A stretch of 64,000 bases of DNA, taken from assembly GCA_965655095.1 (NCBI GenBank), contig OZ296654.1, positions 86,552,001 to 86,616,000 on the forward strand, given 5' to 3'. This DNA comes from Haplodiscus bocki (lineage: Eukaryota). Each line of letters begins with the position of its first letter. The stretch's first letter is position 1. Position numbers and translations under genes: made by a program. Under the pieces are notes generated by a model. That model worked only from the letters and a program-made list of their open reading frames with translations, made no database searches and had not been told where the DNA came from. This document shows positions 48,224 through 61,640 of this stretch, piece after piece.

Positions 48224-50699
48224 ACTACTACTACTACTACGAATTCATGGTATAACATTCTCAGAACTAGTGGTTTCACAGGCAGAGCCGTGATGTACTT
48301 GGATGGACGAAGTAGCGAATAAAAAAGATTATTTGTTTTATTTCCTTGGCTGAGATTCTCGAGAACACGTCAGTAAATACGGTCCGCTAAAACGTTTGAA
48401 CATGAAAATGTAAATTTTTCGGGTTGCTGAAATAAGTAGGAGACGAAGCCGGCAGAGGCTTTGACAATAGTTGGAAGCTTCCTTCGAAAAAGTTTAAATT
48501 TAACTTTAAAACTAACTTTAAAACACGCACGGGTTTAAATTTGTGCCTGGAGTTCCGTGGGTTCGTTCGCATTGGGTGCTTGTTATGATTCTTGTCTCTA
48601 CATATGCGGTTTGGTGACACTTAGATACAATCTGCAACAGTCGGTGGGTGTTCACGTTTTATTCTCACTGCTGATTGGCCAAGGAGCAACTGAAATTTCG
48701 TTCAGACGATTGTTGAAGTGAAGCACAGTCTTGAAGTTCAAGAGCACAGACCATTTTTTTATTTCTGCTCGACGCGGATGCAGTAGGATTTATTCTATGA
48801 AGGTCATTTGCTTTGGCATGAGCCGAGGATTTCACGAAGTGTAGAAAACTCTACTTGCGGCCGTTCATTGAGGGGCAAGGCACCGGAGAGTGGTTGACAT
48901 CTTGGAATCAGTATTTTAATTCCCTGATGTTGAGAGGCATTTTTTTCATTTTAAAACTACCAAGTAACTTGATTTCAGTTTGGGACGGAAAATTTTATTT
49001 CGAAAATTAATAAAGTTAGCTGTTTAAAGCCAAATTTAGCCGCACTTCTAGAGGTTTCTGTGTAAACCTAAACAGCTCCACCGTGTTTGTATCAGATATA
49101 TAGTTTTGGAACGTTTTCATAAAAACCAATAAGAGCACAGTTATCGTAGCACAAGACTTGTTTGTTTTTTGATTTTCTCGGTTAGGTTTGACGAGGCCAG
49201 TGCATAAAACTGAGGACCTAGTGGGTCACTTTGTTGGGACTAAATAAACTGTCAATGGAGAAACTTTGTAAATCCCAAACAGTGGGACTGCCGTAACAAG
49301 TGTACACCTAATGGAAAACTTCAGAAATTTTTCCAAGCACAATTTTGAAGAAAACGTCTCGAGATACCATATACAAACTGAACCTGTGTATATTTTTTCA
49401 TTTTTGCTTCAGAAAGAAATCGAAAGAACAACTGATACTTTGAGAAGAGTAATTTTTTAAATTTTGTAATAAATTTTGCTATTCATCATGAGCGAGTTTT
49501 GCAATTTTTGTTAAAAGCATCAAAAAGGAATATAAAGTCTTTATATATTCTCAAGTGTGTTCGTGAGACAATTTTTTTGGGTTGTTTTTGTATTTTTCGA
49601 ATAATTCCGTCTCTGAAAGTCCTTTCCGTTTCTAAGACTAACTTTTTTCATTTCCAGTGAATCAGTGAAGTCTTGTCAAGGAAGGATGAAAAAATGAAAG
49701 AGCAAAAAGTGGAAGACAATTTTAAGTCAAGTCCTTGTTTTGGATTAACTTTCCGGTAAGGTTTATTCTTTTCTATTGGTTCATCCAGGATGTGGTGTCA
49801 TACAACTAAAGGTGTTTTGTAGCTGCCAAAAAGTGATCTCAGTATACTAGTTCAAAAGTTTAACCATATTTCAGTTTAATAGGTCAATGTTCAAAAGTCA
49901 ACTCCAATCACTTTCTTTCTTCAGGGATATCTTCTAGCTACAAAACTTTCTGAGAAGTTGAAGTAGTTTTTATTGCTGCTGTTCATTGAACAATTGGACC
50001 AGTTCTTTTTGAGAAAAAACGAAACCATGACTTTGACGCATTTTTAACCAAAGTTTTGCCAGAAATTTCTTTATCCGCAAGAAATGTCAACTGTGTCATT
50101 CTTATTTTTGAAAAGCCCAATATTTTTTCCAGAAAGATCAACTGAATCACTTTTTCGAGAGAAAAACAATTGACCGACGGATGAACAAATGCAGAAATGA
50201 CGTTTTTATCCCATGTTTAAAAATAAGGTTTATCTATTTTTCTAGTTTTTCTTCGACGGGCACTCAAGAGTTCTTTTTTTGAAAAAAGGTTGATTGTTGA
50301 TGTTGATGTTGGAAGATTTCGAAGGCATCTCTGGCTACAAAAAGATATGAATGACGTTTTTGATTTTTCTTGCGCATGATAAAACAGGTCCAAATCTTTT
50401 TGAATTGCTCAGAAGCGCGTCTACGACAGCTAAAAACTAATCCAGTGCAAAAAGATCGTTATGAAACTTCGAAAACACGAAATCATTCCGGCTTAATGTC
50501 TTCTAGACTTTTTATTCTTTTTGTTTGATTTGTTACTTCAACTTCATCCATTCTAAAATTAGTAATGTAGATTTAGTATTGAAAATAGATTGTTTTTCTA
50601 CTTTGAAGTTAGACTGATTCATAGGTACAACAAGGCGCAGTCAGCTAGTTCTGAGGCCAAGGGGAAAGCTGGTCTGAGAAAACTGATGAATTCCCAATA

Positions 50700-53600
50700 C
50701 TGTAGGTCGAGTCGACACGACCGGACGGTAACAAGGTTTTTCAGACCCAAATAGTGCCGGAAACATCCATCAATTTAAGGGGAAAGCATGCAAGGAAAAC
50801 ATCAAGAGTAATTATTTCGACATTGAAGAGCAACTCCGAAACTTTTTCGTATGAGCTTCAGGCCCAACGGCCTTACAAGATATCGAAACAACGGAATTTA
50901 GTGGAAAAACCAAGGATATTACTCCCAAGAGTTTTCTTGAAGCGTTAAATGCGTTTTCTAGATCATACCGAAGGTTTGCATCAGTGGGCAAGAGAGAATT
51001 GGGAAAAATGCCAAAGCAACAATAGAAAGAATTCTGCGAGTTAGAGAAAGAGTCGCTTTGTAAAGATATCACACAACTAAAAACTGATGTCATGTTTTTT
51101 TACAACCACTACCACTACAATATTACAGGATATTTTTGATAACAAATTTCTAAGTACGTTGGGTAGTGTCAGGAAGAAAATGCAATATTCTTGTGGCAAC
51201 CAAACAGAGAAGAATTTTTACTCAATTAACTAGTAGAAATGTTGCAAAACTGGATGTCAAGAGAAGGAATAAATGGAAGTTGAAAAGATTGAGAAGAAAA
51301 TTAGTTGGAAAATAACAAAAGAAGATAACCGGTTCACCGACGCCAAGAAATGGACGCCTTGACAGAAAAGCCCGGCCACACAATTTTATTGCAACAGGTG
51401 TAGGAAAACGGCCATTTTGCTGTCTTTTGCATAGGGGAACGAATATGGCAAAACAAGTTGAGGAAAATTAAGCCAACATTAAGGAAGAGGACTAAATTAG
51501 AACTGATACATTTCAGCGAACCGATAAACCAAATCCCAGAATCCGAATGTTATTTGAAAGTGACATAGAAAAGCAAAGAAAACCGCAAGTGTAATTGATA
51601 AAATTTCGCCAGGAACATTTCAGCAGCAAACTGAAAAGAGGCTAAACGATCACCAACTACAAGACGTAGAACGAATTTAAGTCACCCCCAAAAGTCTGAA
51701 ACAAGTGATCGTGCAAATCAAAAACGTCAAGAAACAAGTAAATATACGCCTTTCAAAGCTCCAATATTTCACACCGTTGCTTTGATTGAATAGGTTTGAC
51801 GCACTGAGGTTAGAATTTACAGACAATCAAGTTGCAGCAGTAGACAAGGCCAGCAAATCAGAAGACAGCATAGAGAAAAAGCAACACACAATATGAGGGC
51901 ATTTTCGAAACGAAGAAGAAAATTGAATGCACAAAAGTGAAAATTTTTTGACGCCGGACATACAACCAAAAGAATTTGTTGTATGATTGATCGGCAACAT
52001 CTACAAGAAGCCGAACTGAGAGGAATAGGATGAGCAAAAATCGAAGGACGAATTAAAAAGGGAAACTTATCGGATCGGATATTGCTTCCATTAGCAATTA
52101 AACCAGTCAAGAAAAAAGTCCATAAACATGCATCAGACTGAGGAAACTTAAGAGACAAATCGTCTAAAAAACAGCCCCAAATGCCATATATGGAGAATCT
52201 TTCGCACTCTACTTTCGCAAAAAAATCTAAATAATTTAAATATTTAAAATGGAAATTTTAAATATGATACTCAGAAATCGCTTCAGATCAAGCCTACGTC
52301 AAAACTGAAGTTGACGAAGAAAGAAGCAAACGTTGTGCCGTTGCACTATACGTCGGAATTTGAAGGGGTTCTTCTGATTATGTAGAGAACTCCACGGTTT
52401 GGCGAATGTACCGGAAAACTTTCACGAAAAAAGTGAAAGAGCTCGAAACTCTATGATAATGGCGTGGCTGCACGTTATAATAGTAGCAAGGCGCGGAAAA
52501 AACGTGAACACTTTTTAGAAACTGAAGCGGTGTCAAAAAAATTGTGACAGGATGAAGGAGCTAAAGCAGCTACGAAAAAAAGTTTGCTTGCGGGAAGCCA
52601 AATGCGTTAAATGTCACCTGTCAAAAAATGGTGTTAGGCATAACAAAATTTGAACTGAAGCTAGAGAAGTATTGTATTACCCGAGAAGACACAGTTGTAA
52701 GTTTTAATACGTAAGATACTCCTTCTTTTCTGGGAATGATTGAAAATTTTGCTAGTTTTATCAAAAAACTGGAATTTCTGGGAGAGCACGTGGATTGGAA
52801 AAAGAATGTAAAATGAAAAAGAAATGCATAGCTTTCTGTTAAGTGCACTGAAAAAATTTCAGAATAACACATCCAAGTCAATTGATTTTCGGAGCCACAT
52901 TTTGGCAAAAGCAAACCGACAGAACAAAGAAGCAAATTTTGCTAACAGTTTTTTAATTGATACTGGAATACGATACGAAACAGGAGAACACCGGGGTTGG
53001 GCAGACTTTCAGGTTTTCACAGAAAAGCACAAAACGTTGCGGGTAGCGAAATAGATAGAGGTGACAAAACATTTGAGCTGTCATCCAATCGTAGAATCAG
53101 ATTCCGGAACACCGATCGATGAAGAGTATGTGATCAATCCGCTGGTAACACTGTGTGAAATGAGCGAGAAATACGGCAGAATGACACAGAAATAAACTTA
53201 GAAACTTAAAGAGAGCAGCATTGGTGACATGATAGTAAACCATAAAACGGCGAACGTATAATATGATGAACAACCGACAATTCAACGACAGTTTTTCCAT
53301 CAATTCACTGCGGTAAGTGGTCACGGGAGATTCTGAGAACTTCAGAGGGTAATATCGATAGAATCAAGCGAGAAGTTTAAAGTCAAACATAAGTTTTGGA
53401 CAAGAAAAATATTTACAATAAGCTACGACGGACCAAATACGGAGCTTGGTTCAAAAAAGAGAAAACTTGCTGACTATTACAAAGCAGTCAAAGAACGAAT
53501 CGAAATTTTGCAACCGGGAGTATTACCATTACAGTTGGATGGATGTGGCAGACACCAATGTCCTCGGAAGCCCGACGGAAGAGAAGGATGGGAAGTTTTG

Positions 53601-54000
53601 GGAAAAAACATACAACTGGCTGACAGTCGACGACTCACAAAGGGACAACATTTGACCGCAGAGCAATTCACAAGACACTGATGGACTTGCAAAGCCGACG
53701 GCAGGGAAAATTGACAACCGATTGGGGACGGAAACCGCGTTGATCAGACTACATACAATTTGGTCTCTCTCCGGGGTATATGCGAGGAGAACGGACACTT
53801 CAATATAAAGGTCCCACAGGACATCCAAGTCGACTGGATCAAATAACAAGAACCCCATAAAAAGTGCTAAAGGCAAAAACATGTAAGAGATGAGGAATTC
53901 GATATGATGGCAGACTGGAACACTCCAATCGACGACACTACCAATGACCAGTTCCTCATAATCACAATGATGGACTAGAAACAATCAACGACGATTCATT
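50700..54000 (+). mobile_element. Decayed Ty3/gypsy gag-pol inside the host intron
   Basis: CCHC knuckle CNRCRK-GHFAVFC (~51390-51430, 1-nt deletion); KQPQMPYMENL (~52170-52200); QAYVKTEVDEERSKRC (~52290-52340); SFLGMIENFASFIKKL (~52723); ANFANSFLIDTGIRY...FQVFTEKHKTL (RNase H). Confidence 0.8.
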
Positions 54001-56564
54001 GCAGGATGATTATTTTAGGTTTACTATTAAAATATTTACTTGGTTTGTAATGTCGCCTGGGACTTCTTGGATGACAAAACGATGGTTCAAAAGGAAGTGA
54101 GAAAAAAGGTCTTGAAGACGTCGCAAATCGATCATCGTGGTGAAACAAAGTTTATCAAAGTTTCAATTATCTTTTGACTGCTGGGTATCCGAGGACACTC
54201 TACCAACAAAAAATAACAACGTGCAGCTTGCGCCAACGCTAATAACAATTTGGAGACAAACATGCCAAGACTACAGAAAAAAGTAAAATGCAAAAGAACG
54301 GGGATAATAATCACATTTAGATTTCAGTGGAAAAAATATTTTAATGTGAAATTTGGAAATTTTGTGGCGGTAAATCTTTTCAGTAGATAGCTGGTAAGAA
54401 AAAGCGCAGTAGTAATAAACCGAAACGCTAATGGAGCTTTGATTTTTCAAAAAAGTTTAGTGCGTTTCAAAACACTCCGGACTGATATTAACTTCGAAGT
54501 CCGAAGTGAAGAATTCGAAGATGCTTCTAGCCAATAAAAAATTAAATAATTTCCCGAATAGCATATATGCTTGACGCCACGGGATTGATATAAAGAACAA
54601 CTATTCGCTTAAAAGTTTACTATTGGCTGAATCGGAAGACGGATAAGTTTGAAAGGTAGCTTTATCTAAGCATTATGCGTGATGCGATTTACAATTCACA
54701 CCCTGACGGAAGTGACGCTGCTTGAAGTGCCTTTCGGCTAAAAGTTCCGCTCAATTTTAAATGAAACTTATTTTTATTACCAAGTTTTGCTGTCACAATG
54801 GGGCAAGATTTTCACTTCAGAATCACCATTTTCCCCCTTTTACGTTATGCTTGAAGGTATTCTAACCGTATTCTAACAGACCATTCAGTGTTTGCAAAGA
54901 AAAGGATGACGCATCTTACTCAACCGAAAGTGAATGAGAAACCGTGCCGCATTGCCCTTGCCGTTTGTCAAAACAGACATCAAAAAACGTTTTTGGTAGA
55001 TAATTGAACAAATCGTCAACAATAGTTAGAAACTGATGCAAAACATATGCACCCGTGTACAACTTAGAAACCAGCATCTCATTACCATTTCTTGTTTTAT
55101 AGACTTTTTAATATCATAGTTTGATTTCTGGCTTGAAAGTTAATCGTTTTGAATAAACTGAACTGAATTTAGTATTGAAAACGGATTGCTTTCGGAGATT
55201 ACAATATTTACTGAGTAGAACACCGTCTCAAAGTGCGTTTGCAGTGTCAAGAAAAGCATTTTTGTTTGAGATATTTTGTTTTGGTGTTTTTTGTTGATGA
55301 CCATCAGAAGTGTGATAACGGCCATCAATGGAGCATCAAGATATTTCTTAGAAACCCAATTTTGGTCTATTTTTTTTTACTTCTAGGGGGCTTCACTCTT
55401 AATCAAGAATGCCCATTTATCAAGGTTTTTCTTCCCAGAGAACCTCGTTGTCTTGACAAACCTTAGTTTGAACAGTTTTCAATGATGAATTCCCAAGCGG
55501 GGAGCAATTTAGCTTTAAAAAATGGGTGTTCAAATCGAAAAACCATGTAAAAACGTCAGCTTGCCGAAAATCACTGCCGTAAAAGGTCGTTGATTATAAA
55601 AAAAATTATTGAAAAGAGTTTCGTATTTATTCTTGTTAGTCTGTAGTGCTGGTAATTTGCGTGCGCGGCTCCTTCGTTTTTCATTAGCGCATGCAAGTTT
55701 TGAAGTAGTGATACCTCTATCATCAGCAATGAAATAATATTCAGCTCAATTTTGGAGCCCGATCTACTCCCACTTTAAGGTTTCAGGACACTTTTTTAAA
55801 AACTCAAATTAGCAGTGCTGGAAAGATGTAAGAGTGCGCTGATTATATTCGTCTTTCCTATATTCGACGCCCAAGCGCAGCGCTTGTTGCATTGATCTTT
55901 TATTACCTGTTGACGTAACTAATGGAATTATCATACTTTGCCTTTTTTCACAAGTGTTTTTGAGAAGCATCTTGAAAGCTGTGCTGCTCTTGTATCCTGT
56001 TGTTGATCGCACACGCACCACAAATCCATGCACAGTTAGCCTCTAAAAATGAACAGTTGAATTTCTTATATCCCTGCAGTTTACAAAATGAAAAAAGTTG
56101 AAGATACAAAATTCTAAGATAGTATAAAATAAAGTAGGGGAGACATTAACAAGTATAGGGGAGGGGGGTATGAACGCACAATATACTAACTTGAAGTCTG
56201 CCCACGTTACAAATCTTCGATGTAGGGAAAAGGAAAGGAAGTTTTTCCCTTTCCCGACACGTCCAATTTTACTTCAAATTGAATTTCAATTCGATTACAA
56301 AAACATTTCTAGTGGATTTCGAACAAATTTGAAGAAACATTGAATAATAGTTCCAAAAATAATCCATTTCAAAAAAAATTACATCAAAAATGTGAAGAAA
56401 AAATTCGTGTAAGAGAAAAGGAAAAAGCCTACGTTTTCATTATATTTCTTGAAAAATAGTCCTTAAACCATGGTTTGCAATAGGAATAGGACGTTTCTTT
56501 TGATCTGTTTTGAATTTCGCATGATTGAGGAAAGATTATTAGGTTGATATATTATGTGTTTCAG

Positions 56565-56713
56565 ACAAGTTGAACAAGTTCACCAACTGGAACTACTCTA
56601 TCCTGACTGTGTACTGGGTGTTGGCCTCTGTCAATGACGTTACCCGCAGCCACTGGATGCACGTGCTCCTCACTGAAATGGCCTTGGCCATAATTCTACC
56701 CTGCAGTTTCGTT
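56565..56713 (+). CDS. Host gene, coding exon 2: AIG1/ADTRP (FAR-17a) family
   Basis: Acceptor TGTGTTTCAG, donor GTGAGT. (D)KLNKFTNWNYSILTVYWVLASVNDV...AIILPCSFV fits the family pattern K.LT.WN.....Y......D...P....V, including the Thr that is catalytic in AIG1/ADTRP. Confidence 0.75.
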
Positions 56714-59199
56714 GTGAGTACTAAAACGAATTTAATATACTCACAAAGCAACCTCGTCTCAAGCGGGCTCTATTCACCTTATTTCGACAATTATCTATGA
56801 TCCTGAGGTGTTTTGGATCAGTTCACATTTCTCAGGTGATTGGTTCGGATCCCTAAGTTTCTGTTGACTAATTATGCCACGATTTCAATGAGCTGTTTTT
56901 TGAAAAAAAAATTGTCTAACAAGCATACAAATATACAAAAACTACCGTTCCATATTGGAAAAACCCGCAATACTACCCGTATGCATGTACCAAAAAGTTT
57001 CAAAAAAGATCGCGTACGAGAATTTTTGAGATACCTGTCATGCCAGCATGGTGGAAAAATATACGTTCCATAATTATGAATATACAATTAGCCTATGTTG
57101 TTTATTATGAAGCATTACTATAATTTAATCAATAGGCAATTTATGCAGCTTTATATTTTTAAACACGTTTGAAAATGTCAAATTAAATCTTTCTCATTGT
57201 TATGAACACAAATTATGTCCGGTAAAACGAAATTTGTGCTACTCTTACGTCTGTGAAGTCCTAACATTACATTTGGTGAAAATCTCTCACAACAGGATAA
57301 ATTTGCCTTCTGAAGTGAAATCAGAATCATCTTCTTACAAGCAGTGCTGAACGGAAAAAAGATTGGATATTTCTAAATCGCAGTGTATTTTTGTTGAACT
57401 CAGCATTAAGCGTATAAAAACAGCGGTGAACAACATTCTAACACGGTTTGGAACTCGTATTTTGCGGATCCTAAATTCATCCAATAGCTACCATGAAACA
57501 ATTTTGCTTCAAAACCGCTTACTTTTCGTGATCTCAGCTGTTGGAACTAGTTAATTTTTTGCCAGCCATATTTGATTCAAGTAACGATGCTACCAAAGAG
57601 GTTAGATTTTTCGTGATTGGCGTCAGCCAATCACAGTGCAGTAAGATCAGCGAAATATCTTTTTCGGATGTGAGGGTTGATAATCTTTATCACTTGGTGT
57701 ATGTAAGCAAGTGTGAAGACCAACAGCCAACCACAAGTCAAGAAGACGATCACGAGACTGGTTTGAAAGACCACATGGCAAATTAGTACGAGTAACAAAG
57801 CGAAATAAAAACAACAACCTCTACGTACCCATGGAACAACGGCACGCACGTTCCGTCTCAAACACGATAACTTCACATCATCATCAACAAAAATTTTATC
57901 CTCATTAAGTTCACTTTGAAAATTTTTTATCACATCTATTAACTCAATAACGAATATCTGACAACAAAAAAATACCAAACCTTAGTCTTGAGTATCCATT
58001 TATGAAAAGACTATAAGTTTTGAAACGTAAGGTACTGACAGTTGTACGGAGACTGAAAGCCTCGTAATAAACACGTCTAGTAGAAAGTTCGACCACGAGT
58101 GTAATGGCTGTAAATAAACATTCTACTTTTACACATTACAGCAGACCAGGTCCTTCCAGTAGGTTTTGAAAGGACTGTTTGTTTTTGCTGTGATGAAATA
58201 TTTTCCTTTTTGATTATTTCCAAACTCTAATTTTTCCACAACTTTCATGCTGTCTCTGAATTTTCAGTATTCTTGATTTCAAATCTCTCTCTGTTTGAAA
58301 CTTTGCCTGTTTGCTCTAGCATAAAAGATCGCTGAATAAAACATCGTAGTTCAGGTCAACTTTGTTTTGCTGAGTATGAAACTGTTTCTAAACTAAGCTA
58401 GAATTTTCAACACTTACACAGTAAAAACTAACATTAAACATCGCATAACTCGTGAATAAAAGTGAATAAAAGTGAAAGTATGTAAAACATCAAATTTGTC
58501 CTTAAAACATGTAAAAAACTGCATATTTTTTGAAATAAACCTTCAATTAACAATCAATAAAACCAATCAAAAAATTTGGACTTTCTAGAGCTCCAGTAGT
58601 TCGACTGGTATCTAAGAGGCAAAAAATTATGACGAAATTGAAAATAAAACCAAATAATTGACGAGGGCACAAAATTCATCAACTTATGCATACATTTTAA
58701 ATGATTAAAGTGGCAGACAAAACGCTGTTGAGTCACATAACTAGCATTTTGTACTTTTTGTTAGCATATACAGATGGCATAGTTGTAATACGTCATGTAA
58801 AGCAACACCATTATAGTAGGAAGAGTGAAAAAGTGCACCCACTGAACAATATGGTCTGCAACGGACCGTTGGGTGCGGTCAAAAACTAAAAGTCCGCAGA
58901 TTTGACTGAGAATTTTGGGTGACATGCATTAGGGTCATACTAGTGTGTCTACCGTGGGGCTAGCTAAGTTGACTACTAGGTGTATTAGGTGTCATTCTAG
59001 AGCACTTTGACGTCAAAAACTGGAATTTTTTGGCTTGGGTTGAAATTTAGGAGACTGAGACCTTGAACACTTCTATGGTCTAGACTAGGCAGTTCTTCGC
59101 TTATGGCTATCACACGCACCGGTTGGATGAATCATTCACTAAAGAAAACGGTTAAGTGACAAGTATAAAAAAGTAAGTTTTGAAGTCTTTGTTCTCCGA

Positions 59200-59420
59200 C
59201 CGCAACAATGCTGGTGAAAGCTCGACTAGCACATTTGTCACGTATGAGGATTTTGCTCGTCAGATCAAGTCGGTAACTGATCCCGTTAGGCAACAGTTGG
59301 TGCATTTTTGCGGATTAATGTTTGAATTAAAGAAATAGCAAGCCAGTAGACGTCACGAAGAGACCACATCATTATTCAGCGCTACTAACTAATCGTCAGG
59401 CAGTGGTCATTTGTCTGACA
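59200..59420 (+). pseudogene. Possible LTR-retrotransposon gag N-terminal fragment
   Basis: EDFARQIKSVTDPVRQQLVHFCGLM resembles the helix in 63305-63586 (EGVKVDLGPLYAQIMALTQT). Confidence 0.3.
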
Positions 59421-60540
59421 AAACCCTGTTAAAACAACCCTAAAATTGTCGCCGAAAATGGGCATTTGCACCGCCGGTCGTGTCAACTTTGAGACTTTCC
59501 GACTTGTTGATTATGCACTAATGTACAGATTAAAGCAATTGAGACTAAGCAGCACCCACCTGGAAGTGTAATTGTACACCAAATGTCTCGAGACTTTCTG
59601 CACTTGACAGTTCATAAGAGAAGGTTTCATGCCACTTGCAGTTACTTTTTGAAGCATAGCAGTGTAGAAATCCGCCGTTTTTTTCAATTTATGCGCTATT
59701 ATATTTGCACTAACTGATTCCGTTTCTCTTAGGCAACAAACAACTAATCAACTGCATTTGCAGGAAAGAACAAACTCAAGCGAACAAACTGAGTCAATAA
59801 AGTATAATCAAGCCTTAGAAGTGGTTGAGATTCACTACTTCAACCTTTAAGTCTTCAAGTGAGTACGCAATTAATCAACCACCAAAGTATCGAATTGGTC
59901 GCCTAAAGGGATATTCACAGAAAATAGAAGTAGTTCAATTTGAATATCTTCTTCTTAAGCACATATTTAAGTTTTAAATGATTACCTTGCTTGCTCCGAT
60001 TCCCATAACGTTACAGCAAGCAAAAAAGGACATCAAATTGCCAATCAAATTGAATGGAAAGATTGAAGCAATACGTGAGAAAGACAAGTAGCTACTTCAG
60101 AAGTGTCGCTAGAAAAAAGATGTTTCACAAAGATTAAAAAATTATGCCATTTTCTTATAAAGCAGACTTTTCCATTGAAATAAAACATTTTGTTATTTTC
60201 AACGCTCAGATCAGTATAGTAAATGTGAAAAAGAGCATCGCGCAACCAAAAAAAGTGAAGAATTAAAAGAGAAATAAGTGAACACTTTCCGTGTAAAGCA
60301 ATTTCCGAACTCAAACTGTTGTGCCGACTGGTTGCTAAATGTGGGACTCGACTGCTTTGCGGCCCCGTTGCAAATGTGAGACCAGTTTGTTGAACTGATT
60401 TTATTGAACATTTCTCTAAGCGACCTGATGATGGCTTCGTTATGATTTCCTCAGTGTGGAGGGATTTATTGCACCAATGTTGAGTTAAGCGTCACACACA
60501 TGTATCTCACCATATGAGGAGAAAATCGAAATCAGCAATC

Positions 60541-61640
60541 TTTTTATTTTCCGTCGTAGTGTACATTACGAATGGAAAATCATGCCCTCAATATGTAGAC
60601 TTCTCCGGTGATTCACAATTCTGGCTACGTCAATTGAGAATTTTTCGAAAAAAATCGTTTGCTCAAAATGTTCCTTGGACACAAAATATACAGTTTTGAC
60701 AACCATGTCAAAAATTTTTCGCTCAAAGTGCGGAAAAAATTATGAATTTATAATCCTTTTTTTTGAAAAAGTTCCCAAAGTTTTCCTTTGGATTCGTAGA
60801 ATAAGATTTGACAACCCTGGCGAAGCTTTTCCGCTCAGAGTCCGAAAAAATTACGAATTGATAATTTTATTTATGAAATATTTTCTGAGAATTTTTTTCT
60901 GGGCACGTAGAGCTCAGCTTTGACAACACCAGCCGAACAACTTATCGCTCAAAGTCAGAAAAAACTATGAAGCAAGAAAATTTCTCAAAGTTTTTTTAGC
61001 AGAATGTTCCTCCGGACACGTAGAATGCAGTTTTGACAGCCCTGGCGGAAAGTTTTTGCTCAACATCTGAACGTTTTTCGCTCAATGTCCCAAAAAAACG
61101 ATAAATTGATTTTTTTTCAAATGCTTCCCCTAAAAGATCCTCTGCACAGAACGCAGTTATGAAACACCAGTCAAAAATTTTTTGCTTGAAGTCCGAAAAA
61201 ATTTATAAATTGATCTTTTTTTTCGAATGTTCTTCCCCAAAGCGTTCCACTGAACACGCAGAAATCAGTTTCGAGAAAACCAGCGAAAAACTTTTTGACT
61301 CAAAGTCCGAAAAAATTGTCGGAAAAATTCTAAAGTCTTCAAGAAAAATTTTCTGGCTAAAAATGTCCATTTGGACACGCAAAAATCATGTTTGGGAACA
61401 CCAGCCAAACAGCCATGCTCAATTTGCGAATGAGTTTTAAAGTGGTAAATTTTTTCGAAAAGATCGCTGAAAATTTCTAACTGCACAATTAGAAATGAGT
61501 TCTGATAATTTCAATTCTTGTCTAAATTCGTACTCAATTTCTTATGAATCAGACTCCCGAAGTTTTCAGCAATTTCATTTTTGAACAAATTCTGACCCAT
61601 TATCGACGGAAAATATCGCAGCGCTGTTTTTCCTCTTGAT
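60541..61640 (+). mobile_element. Complete HINE-like element, copy F, with ~112-125-bp internal tandem array
   Basis: 5' T-run + TATTTTCCGTCG + hairpin partner CGAATGGAAAAT; 3' inverted subTIR CGACGGAAAATA (61604-61615), then TCGCAGCGCTG...TCTTGAT. About 7 units marked by TTTGACAAC-like motifs at ~60694, 60806, 60918, 61031, 61157, 61268 and 61391. Confidence 0.8.

Noticed and set aside
53529-53984. 151-aa hydrophobic minus-strand ORF
   Set aside because: Antisense to the A-rich gypsy element; its hydrophobicity is a compositional artefact.
56836-56860. Possible third AIG1-like exon after TTTCTCAG
   Set aside because: The required phase-0 frame reads VIGSDP then stop, and lacks the expected FW/His motifs.
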